Source: Nemertoderma westbladi
Lineage: Eukaryota; Animalia; Xenacoelomorpha
DNA length: 64,000 nucleotides
Assembly (NCBI GenBank): GCA_032718475.1
Contig: JAUCBJ010008009.1
Location: 1-64,000 of the forward strand
Reading direction: 5' to 3'
Within the stretch, counting starts at the first letter, position 1. Every line of letters starts with the position of its first letter. Shown one piece after another: positions 51,416 to 61,500 of the stretch. Below the pieces are notes generated by a model, which had not been told where the DNA came from, made no database searches, and saw only the letters and a program-made list of their open reading frames with translations. A program made the translations under genes and the position numbers.

Positions 51416-54400
51416 ATGGGACTGCAGTGCGCGAGACAGCAGACCTCAACCTCCATGGGACCCGGCACTAACCCCGACGGCATGGTCGCTCCCAGACCCG
51501 GCACCGACCCCAACGCCACGGTCCCTCCTGGGACCGGCACCGATCTCGAAGGCACGATCCCTCCCAGCACACATCCCCACGGCGTGGTCTCTCCTGGACC
51601 CGCCACCGACCCCAATGCTGTGGTCCCTACTGGGTCCGGCACTGATCTCGAAGGCGCGATCCCTACCAGCACACACCCCGGCGGCGTGGTCCCTCCCGGA
51701 CCCGGCACCAGCCCAAACATTAATCACTATGAGCGAGTCCCAGCAGCTATTATTAAGGTTAAGTTATGGAATGTAGAAGGCTTATCATACATACTCAACT
51801 CGATTTCAGATGATGAGCTATTTCAAAATTCGGACATTCTCTTACTTACAGAAACATTCTATCTTGGTACAAATCTGGATTGCATCTCAAATTACTACGC
51901 ATATATACAACAAGCAGAGAAACAAGGACGAGGTCGCCCAAAAGGCGGATTAATGATTCTGGCAAAGCCATGGATTAACCCATCCCCTGTTTTCAAATCA
52001 AACTGTTGCATTATCATAAAATCTGATCTAGCATACTTTTCTGTTTTCTACTTCCCTCCAGATACACCTATATCACATATAACCTTAGAGATCACATCCT
52101 CCTTGACCCAGACCGATAACTCATGCCCAATAGTGGTTGGAGGTGACTTCAACTGTAGAGTTGACTCTGGGGAACGTGGACACCAACTAACAGACTTTCT
52201 GACATCACTTGGCTTTATTGCTTTAAATTATTCATCATCTCATACCTATATATCACCCCAGGGCGAAAGCACAATAGACTTGATCTTTATAAAATTCACA
52301 AATACTTTACCTGATTCAACGCCAAAGCCCCAAATAACACTTAACCCCATAAGAAAACACCAAAGCGTGTCAGCTGAAATTCCATTCACAAACAATCCTG
52401 TACATATGGAGACTCGACCAAAAGCCTTAAGCAGAAAGCTTAACATGTCCTATCTGGAAAACCACCACAACATCCCATCTATGGTTGAAGCAATAGATAA
52501 CTCCGACCCCAATAAGGCAACAAAACTATTAGCTGAAATAATTTCCAGTTCAGTTTACCCCAAAGGGAAAAGACTACATAAAGGCAAACCATGGTTTGAT
52601 CAGGAATGTTGCAATATAAAACGACAACTTATATCAGCCATACAATCTCGAAATATTTCAGCTGCTCATTCAACTCACTTCTATCAGCTCCGTCGATCAT
52701 ATAAAACTCTTATTAAAACTAAACGAGCTGCATTTGAAGAAAATTATTTCCTGGAAAGAATCCAAAAGTCAGATATAAACCCCTGGAGTCTTCTTAAAAC
52801 TAGGAAACCAACTGTCGCTTCAGTAGATTTAAATAAACTGGAGACACATTTTCGAAACATCATCGGAACTAACAAAGACCCAGCACAGTTACCCGCAGCT
52901 GCCACTGTAACACAGAGTGAAACCTCCGCGGACTGTTGGTATAACGATAAAATATCAACTGAAGAAGTAACTAGAACTATTAATGAGGCGGGCAATAACA
53001 AAGCCAGTGGTCCAGATCAGCTCTATTATGAGCATTTAAAACAAGTTCCACCAGTGATAATCGCCTTGATCACTATGTTGTTCAATGTGTGCCTCTGCCT
53101 AGGGAAGATACCTGATTTGTGGAAAAGAAGTATAATTGTAATACTTTACAAAGGAAAGGGGTCTCTAATGGAACCTGATAACTATCGTGGCATTGCCCTT
53201 CTCTGTGTGCTGCTTAAAACTCTCACTTCTATTATCAATAAACGAGTGCTCAAACATATTATAAATCGGTTACCAGCTGCCCAGTTTGGCTTCATTCCAG
53301 GGAAATCTGCACAACAAGCAATTAGGCGTCTTCTTAAGGAAATATCATCAAAACTAACCTCGAAATCGCGCCCAGAACGTAAAGTTTACGCAGCATTTAT
53401 AGACTTTCGTAAAGCCTTTGACTTTGTCAGTCGCGCCATTCTACTCTCAAAATTATATGGGTTTGGTATTAAAGGGAAATTGTATCTATTAATTAAAGAT
53501 CTGTTTACTAATAACGTCCAGGTGTTTGATGGTTTACGTCTTTCCGACGTCATAACCCAACTCAGAGGTGTGCTGCAAGGTGACTCCTTCTCACCCACCT
53601 GCTTCGTAGTATTTATCGCAGATCTAGCTATAGCACTGCAGAACGCAGCCCAAGCACTTCGGTTCCTGTTCTATGCGGACGATCTGGTCTTCTATTCTTC
53701 AAGGCGAGAGGATATCCAAACGGGTCTTGATGCACTTTACAACTGGTGCCAGCTCAATGGGATGGAAGTAAATTTAATTAAAACAAAAATAATAAAGTTC
53801 AGGAACGGGGGGCCATTAGCAAAGGATGACATATTTCTATATAATAACAAACTTGTCCAAATCACTAATGAATATGAGTACCTGGGAATTATTTTACAGC
53901 CGTCACTATGTTTCGCAAAACATGTCCAACATAAAAAGATAAAAGCCTCGAAAGTTATTGGGTCACTTACGTTCTTGCCTCACATCTCAGTCGATGCAGG
54001 TATGAAGATCTATAAGATGAAAGTTGAACCATTGGTCCTATACTCAATAGCGGAATTTGGCAAGTATCTCACCCTAGCGAATCTAAAAGAACTCGACAAG
54101 GTGAAATCAATGTTCATAAAACGAATGCTCCGGCTGCATCAATCTTCCTCAGCAACACTAGCACATAAACTTGTCAAAGAGTATACGCTTGTGGAAGAAT
54201 TAATCTCAAAATCCCCTCAAATTCTCAACCCTGATGTTGTTGAAAAATACAAGATACATCGTAGAGACAGAGTAGGAAATTTCGAACAGGAGGGTTACTT
54301 ATCTGGACCGGCGTTCCAAACGTCTGTATGGCACCAAGCCAACCAAAGCAACCGCCACTTACTCACGCGCTGTACCTCGCACGGGTTCCATCATAAGATT

Positions 54401-54547
54401 TGCGCCCACAACCGCTCATTCCATTCCCCTCAACAGAGCTGCGTGTGCCGGTACTGCGGCCAATCCGCCCACCACCGCTACCACGTATTGGATTGTACCA
54501 GCTGTCCCTCTCTATCCGTCATTGCCCATGTTAATAACTCAGTTTAA
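51416..54547 (+). CDS. LINE ORF2: Pro/Gly/Thr repeat, APE endonuclease, RT, C-terminal Cys/His finger
   Basis: WNVEGL, LTETF, GGDFN, STIDL, NYRGIAL, QFGF, FIDFRKAFD, GVLQGD, YADD, CRYC..HVLDC; 1043 aa uninterrupted. Confidence 0.95.
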   Translation: MGLQCARQQTSTSMGPGTNPDGMVAPRPGTDPNATVPPGTGTDLEGTIPPSTHPHGVVSPGPATDPNAVVPTGSGTDLEGAIPTSTHPGGVVPPGPGTSPNINHYERVPAAIIKVKLWNVEGLSYILNSISDDELFQNSDILLLTETFYLGTNLDCISNYYAYIQQAEKQGRGRPKGGLMILAKPWINPSPVFKSNCCIIIKSDLAYFSVFYFPPDTPISHITLEITSSLTQTDNSCPIVVGGDFNCRVDSGERGHQLTDFLTSLGFIALNYSSSHTYISPQGESTIDLIFIKFTNTLPDSTPKPQITLNPIRKHQSVSAEIPFTNNPVHMETRPKALSRKLNMSYLENHHNIPSMVEAIDNSDPNKATKLLAEIISSSVYPKGKRLHKGKPWFDQECCNIKRQLISAIQSRNISAAHSTHFYQLRRSYKTLIKTKRAAFEENYFLERIQKSDINPWSLLKTRKPTVASVDLNKLETHFRNIIGTNKDPAQLPAAATVTQSETSADCWYNDKISTEEVTRTINEAGNNKASGPDQLYYEHLKQVPPVIIALITMLFNVCLCLGKIPDLWKRSIIVILYKGKGSLMEPDNYRGIALLCVLLKTLTSIINKRVLKHIINRLPAAQFGFIPGKSAQQAIRRLLKEISSKLTSKSRPERKVYAAFIDFRKAFDFVSRAILLSKLYGFGIKGKLYLLIKDLFTNNVQVFDGLRLSDVITQLRGVLQGDSFSPTCFVVFIADLAIALQNAAQALRFLFYADDLVFYSSRREDIQTGLDALYNWCQLNGMEVNLIKTKIIKFRNGGPLAKDDIFLYNNKLVQITNEYEYLGIILQPSLCFAKHVQHKKIKASKVIGSLTFLPHISVDAGMKIYKMKVEPLVLYSIAEFGKYLTLANLKELDKVKSMFIKRMLRLHQSSSATLAHKLVKEYTLVEELISKSPQILNPDVVEKYKIHRRDRVGNFEQEGYLSGPAFQTSVWHQANQSNRHLLTRCTSHGFHHKICAHNRSFHSPQQSCVCRYCGQSAHHRYHVLDCTSCPSLSVIAHVNNSV

Positions 54548-54754
54548 ATATATATATTATTAATTTATTTTTATGTCATCACTACCGATTTGCGTTTTAT
54601 ACTTACAATTTTAGATTCGATACAGAATATACATTATACATTTTACCCCGTCCGGGGTGTTGATTTAAAAAAAAAAAAAAAAATTAAATTCATTAAAAGG
54701 CATGAATTTAAATTGATTTCCTGAAATTTTATTATTTGATAATTAAATGGACAT

Positions 54755-55075
54755 ATTTGGATTCCAGAACATGTCTGGGGACACAAGATCCTTAATTCTA
54801 TGACAATTGTCTTTTTAAGAATATCGGTAAATGCTACGATATCTTAATTGACTAGAATTGTTGAAGGATCTGAATTTTACAGATTTTGACTTATTAGATT
54901 TGCAAATATTAAATAATTAATATTTGAGATGGGCACCGATTTATTCCAGAACTTGTCTGGGGACGTTAACCACTGATTCTAGAATTTGTCTTTCAAGTAT
55001 ATCGGTGGGTGCCGCGATATCTTAATCGACTAGAATTACAGATGGTCAACAAGGTTTAACAGATTTATGTGCGTT
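54755..55075. repeat. ~180-bp diverged tandem duplication in the BEL 3' region
   Basis: ATTCCAGAAC.TGTCTGGGGAC...TATCGGT...CGATATCTTAAT.GACTAGAATT occurs twice. Confidence 0.75.
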
Positions 55076-55582
55076 TTACGCTACTGTTAGAGGGACATCA
55101 CGCTACTATATGTATTATTTAATATACGGTATGAGAGCAATATCGCACGAAGCAATGTCAGTGTGAAGAGGCAAGTCGTTTCCAAGGTCTACCCAGAGCT
55201 TGGTTTAGCCGAGACACGAGGATCTGAACTTTGCATTCCTAATACTCTGCCTACCAATAATACTAAAATATAGTAGTGGCTTTATTGTACTTTGATAAGT
55301 ACGGACATTTCATCTTACTGTAGTTACGTATTTATAATATAATACGGACAGTAAGGAAAGAGAAAAATAATTATTTCTTCGCCGTCGCACTAAATATAAT
55401 ATAAGTAAGTATGTACGTAATAAACACGAATATATTGCACTATTCTACAAAATAATCGCTAAATAATATTCTACTAAATTAAATAAAACGATTATAATAA
55501 AATTACATAGTAATACATACATAAATGTAAAAATAATAAAATAATATAAAATAATAGAGTCACACGCCCACTCCGAACGATA

Positions 55583-58500
55583 TTAAGTTGGAGAGTCCCT
55601 AGATGTCGGTTGGATTAGGGAAGTGGTCGTGGGAAGAGTTTCTTGCCTTCCATAGTTTCCGGAGAGCTCTCTGTCTCTTTCCAGTAAACATAAACGTCCC
55701 ACTGGGCGATTGAGCTGTTGAGTCTCAAAGACTATCCCTGGTTTCTTAAAGTTCCGCCGCATGACGACGAGCTCTACTGATCGCACCAAACCATCGCTCG
55801 AGATATAAGTCTCGATGATACGTCCTGTTTGCCATCGCTTACGTGGGAGATCGGGGTCCACAATAAGCACCATGTCTCCAGCGCTGACGTTTTCTTGCTG
55901 CGCAAACCACTTAGTTCGAAGTTGTAGAGTGGGCAGGTAATGTTTCTCGAAATGGTCAGCGAAACGACGGGATAGCAACTGCATAAGTTGCCAGGTTCGA
56001 CGGCAGTACTCGTCTCCGTCTGTAATCTCCGATCGTGGGAGCATGGCTACGGGTTTCTTCAGTAGAAAGTGCGCGGGTGTTAGCGCTTCCAGGGAATCAG
56101 GATTTGAAGAGACTGGCATAAGCGGTCTTTCGTTGAGATAGGCGGCGATTTCGTCCATTAACGTCCGCAATAGTTCGTCGGTGAGATAAGCGCGACAAGG
56201 CACAATAAAGTGGAACGCAGTCTTCACGCTCCTAATCAATCTCTCCCAACTTCCTCCCCACCAAGGGGCGTCGGCGGCGTTGAAGGTCCAGCTAGACGCT
56301 GTTATCCTTAGCTGATCATCCACCTGTCTTTTGTTCCAGTCCTTTACGTAAGCTTGAATTTCGTTGTTGGCGCCAATGAAGTTCGTTCCCTTATCCGATC
56401 TCATCGTGTTACTGGTTCCGAAGCGAGCGATCTGTCGTCGTAAACTCAACACGAAGCTGTTGGTGGATAGATCGTTTACCATATCGAGATGGATAGCTCT
56501 ACAAGTCATACAAACGAAGATGACACACCATCTCTTGACTATAGTCCGGGCACGATATACTTCAATAGGGCCAAATAAATCCACACCGGTATTAGTAAAG
56601 GGTGGTTCATAGAAGCTTACTCTTTCCCTAGGTAATTCTGCCTCTCGCTGCGTTAAAGGCCTACTGAATGCTTTCCTACAGGGTATACAATTCCTAAGAA
56701 CTTGGTTCAGAGCCCTACGGGGTTTATAAAAATAGTAGCAAGTTCGAATTTCGCTCAGAACTCGTTCTCTACCAGCATGATACAGTTTGCTATGAACATC
56801 CACAATTATCTTGATTTGTATATCAAGATTTCTAATGAGTATGGGAAATTTAGTGTCAAAGGATAACGGGGCGTTGGTAAGCCGACCTCCAACACGTATT
56901 AACCCATCTATCATGGTACTAGAGAAGCGATCCCTTAAGCGCATCTGTGGATTTCTTAACAACAGGAAATACTTATCGGAATCCTCATAGCATTGTAGGA
57001 GTCTCAGCATCTGTTTGTTGGTTTCATCATGCTCCTGGTAACTGATCTTTTCCTTTAGAAACCTGTCGGATATCTTGTATTTAGGAAGATCTTTAACAAC
57101 ATGGACTCGTGCAGATGTTGATGGAGCATCATCACTATTGGTCTTTGTTCCGGAGTAACGATGATGAAAACATCGTTTCAAATAGGTAACAGCTTTACAG
57201 AGCCGATTCCAGGAACTGTAGTGACGTATCGCTCTCTGCAAGAGAGGTGAGAGTCCTTGCGAGATATCTGGTATTCCAGATTTCCAATCCTTGTCACGGA
57301 TTTCCAAGACTTCTTTAGCCGTGGCAGTGGGTTTCTGATCCAAAGCATCATCTCCGGAAGTAAATAATACAGATAGATCAACCGCAGGTTTAAACAACTT
57401 CGATTTACTCGCTCGAGTTTTGGGTTTAACTTTCTCCGCTCCCTTGGCCTGTCTGATCTCTGCTGTTGTGAGATGGGGAGGCCATTCTTCTTCTTCCCTG
57501 TAGAGAAAGTCAGGTCCTCCTAACCATTCGGGAGTATTTACCAATTCCTTTGGAGTCGCTCCTCGGGACGCGATGTCTGCTGGGTTAATCGTTCCTGGGC
57601 AATGTCTCCATTGGTCCATCGTCGTGCGACTAAGTATGATGGCTACCCTGTTGGTAACGAAGACGCTGAACTGACAGACTTCATTGGTTATATACTCTAA
57701 CACGAGTAAAGCGTCGGTCCAATAGACAGTTTTCTCTAATGTATAGTCAATCTGTTCGGTTACATTCCGGCCGATGGCTGTAGCGTATAGAGCCGCTTTT
57801 AACTCCGCTCGAGGAACTTTCAACTTGTTGTTGATTAATGCCTTAGAAGTAACCAAGGCTACTTTGATTCCATCCGGAGTTTCCACTCTTAGGTAGGCTA
57901 CTATACCGATTCCCATATCGCTGGCGTCTCCAAACACATGGAGTTGATAGGAATACGTAGGGAGAACATGACCAAAATATGAACGGGAAATTATAAACTC
58001 CTCGATAGCCGGTAGAGAATCTTCCCATTTCATCCACTTCTTCAATAATTCTCCCTTAAGTGGATCGTCCCATGAGTGGTTTTCAAGCCACATTTGTTGT
58101 ACCAAACTTCGCGCAATCAATATAACTGGGCTAATAAATCCCAATGGATCGAAATAAGTGCTCAGTATACTTAAGCAAATCCGTTTGGTTCGAACTGGAT
58201 TATCTCGCTGTTTTAGTTGGAAAAACAGGATATCTCTCTCTGTGTCCCATTTCAAGCCGAGTGTCTTGGTTTCTGGCAGATCATCTTTGATCAAATCGAG
58301 ATCTTTCGCTCCGCGATCTTCCGCAGGGATCGACTCCAGAAACTCACGGGAGTTGCTGGTGAATTTGGTTAATCGAAATCCACCTCTTTTTAAGCACTCT
58401 ACCGTTCCCTTAGCGACCTCAATGGCTTCCTCAACTGATGGGAGGGACTTCAGATTGTCGTCCATGTATATGTCTCTCTTGATGTTGTCGATCACTTCCT

Positions 58501-61500
58501 TAGAGAATGCCTCTCGGTTGTCCTCTGCAGTAGTACGCACTACCGAACAGGCGTTGGAAGGGCTTGAGATTATCCCAAAGGCCTGGATGGTCATCCAGTA
58601 CTCCACCGGTTTCTGGTTGAGGTCTCCTTCGGGCCACCATAGAAATCGTAGGCTATCTCGATCCCTATCCAACACTTTGACTTGCAAGAACATGCCTTCT
58701 ATATCGGAGGCGAAAGCAATCGAATATTGTCTCAATCTTAAAAGAATTCCCAACAAAGATTGAAGCAAGTTGGGTCCGGGTAACAATTCAGAGTTAAGGG
58801 ATTGACCCATGTAAAGAGCGGAGCCATCAAACACTACTCTCACTTCGTGTGGTTTACCGGGTTTAGGAACGTAATGGTGAGTTAAGTAATATGTTCTTTC
58901 AGTCACAGGTGTTTCTTCCGGTACTCTCTCCGCGTATCCCTTATTAATAAATTTTTCCAGCTGTGTTTGATACATTGCTTTGGCTGAAGAATTAGCCGTA
59001 AGGCGTCGATGGAGTTGCGCGATTCTTTTTTCCGCCAAAGGTCTGTTATTGATGAACTTCGGTTCTCTCTTGCGAAAAGGTAAACCGACTTCGTACCTTC
59101 CTTGATCTTTGAGGAAACGTGTAGTTGTCTCTTGGATCTGCTTGGCCCTTTCCTCTTCCACCGACAAGGCTTTATCGTAGGAATTGGGCTCTACCGCCTC
59201 TTGCGTAAAGAATCGTACAGCATGTTCATCTCGAGTCTTGGCATTGCAACGTTCAATGACGTCATTTAACTCGTCGTTATAAGCTTCTCGTTCAGATGGA
59301 TAGAGAAGTTGACATAAGTTCACTTGGTTTTGCCAAGCCTCGTTTTCCTTAAGGAGATCGATGGTATTCTCCTCATCAAAAAGCTGGTGAACGTCGTCGT
59401 TATCTGAGGAGTATGGAATTCCCTCAGTTGAATCGTCTCCCTCACTAGCATCATCTTCCCATTCACTCACCTGGCAGACTCTCTCTTGCGGTAGTCTTTC
59501 TCTGAGTGTTCTACGGGAAGGGCCAGTAAAGTACCAACCTACTCTAGTTCTTACCGCATAGGTCTGTAGGGGCTGCGGTTGAGCAGGCCGTTTCTCTAAT
59601 GTCTCCAGCGCCTCATGCGCGTTTTGGCCGATGAGTATTTGCACTCCAGGATAATCAGTCTGGAATCGAGGTATGTTAAGATGTTGGATGCTCTCATCCT
59701 CGTCCCAATTATAAAGGTCTGCTTGAGTAGTAGCGAAGTTCTTTATAGCCACCATTTTCACTGACCTTATGCTGTGTTCTCCTAGTTCGTCCTGGGGGGT
59801 GGACAACGCTCCTACATAATAATCAGCTGTTATTGTAGATTTCCAAACTTGCATAATGCCTGACATGTTGAGCTTAGTTTGGAACTTGGGTTGTCCAGCA
59901 AATATATCTTCGGCTAACTCTTTATCGATGAATGTTCCTGTGCTGCCGGAGTCCAGGAGGGCGTTCACTACATAACTCCTCTTAGGTCCGTGAACCCTTA
60001 CTTGCACCACAGGAAACTCTCGGATCCCTACATTGGAAGATGTCTCTTTCCAAGGTGGTTGTCGTTCAGAAGTAGTTAGAGTAAAGTCGTTCTCTGTATC
60101 TTTTTCATATGTGAGTGCTCGATACACTGCGGTATTTATCATGTAACAGGATTCGTTTTCGTCGGAGAACTCGTCTGTATAGAATCCTTCCATCTCAGAT
60201 TGATCAGTGTCGTTCACATCACTGAATTGGACATGTAGCTCGGAATCACTTACCTGATTCGGACTATTTCGATCGAATTCAGCGTGCAACAAGATATGAT
60301 GTTTCGCACCACACTTTGCACACCTTATGTCTGAGTAACAGGTTCGCCGTTGATGTCCTTGTCTGAGGCAGTTATAACACAACCGCTTGTCCCACATGAC
60401 TTCACGCCTCTCAGTTAATGATTTCTTTAGAAATTCATCACACCTATTCAAATAGTGAGTCCCGTCACATAGCGCACATCTCGGTTTGATGTTACTTACC
60501 TTATTCTGAGTCACATTGTGTACACTTGCCTTTTCTTCGGGCTTTCTCACCTGAATTCTCTTGGGAGACGTGGGAGGAGTTTTTCTTATCGGTTCTCTCC
60601 TGTCATTTGATCGAGACTTGAATTTACTTACCTGATCTTTAGGCATTTTATTGACATAATAAGATCTCTCAGTGTCTTTCCCGCTATCTTCTCCTTGAGA
60701 AGTCTGGCTTTCGCCGTCGTCGGTATAACACACTGGTGTTACCTTTCTCCTAGAGACGGGTTTTTCACTTACCTTGTTTTCCGGTGTCTTCTCTCTGGAC
60801 AGTTTGAGGAGTTGTAATTTCACTTCTCCATCTAGGAATGACATGAGATCAGCCATGGTAGGGTCTCGCCGTTGTTGTTCCATCATATATAACACTTTCT
60901 TATCCCAGCGTGTACCTACTCCACCTTTCGGTAAAGTAGAAGCCACTGCTCTAATAACCATAGTGTTCTGATACTCATGAGACTTACCTAGCCAATCTAA
61001 TTGTCTGCAGATCTCCTGGATCTCATCGGAAAACTCGATAATTCCGCTACTAATAAACTTTCGGGGCGCTACTAACTTTGCATATAAGTACCCAGCGATG
61101 TTATTCCTATTACCATACCTGATGTTTAGTGTATCCCAAACTTGTCTTAATCCGTCTGGATGTCCAATAAACTTTAACGCCATTAACTTGGGAGATCCTT
61201 CCAAGCACTCGATGAGGTATCTAAGTTTTTCTCCATTAGATAGTACAGAGTTCTGTATGTTATCTTTGTAATATTCATTAAAAGGTAACCATTTCATCTC
61301 ATCTCCATTGAACTTGACGATCTCTCCAACCTTTACCGCTTGCCGGGCTTCGGTTCTAGCCATTTGACGCGTAAAACTTTCTTGGGCCATCGTGCTATTT
61401 AATATCGAGTTATCGGTATATAAATTTCTCGGATTATGATCAGTTCTATAGGGAATATCATTATCAACAGGTCTATAATTACCCTTAATAGGGTTCACTA

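Larger units (their letters stand above)
50474..54682 (+). mobile_element. Full-length two-ORF LINE (RTE-X-like) inserted antisense into the BEL 3' region
   Basis: ORF1 and ORF2 intact; poly(A) at 54666-54682; A(n)TT on both sides (50460-50475, 54666-54684) consistent with insertion into an A-tract. Confidence 0.92.
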
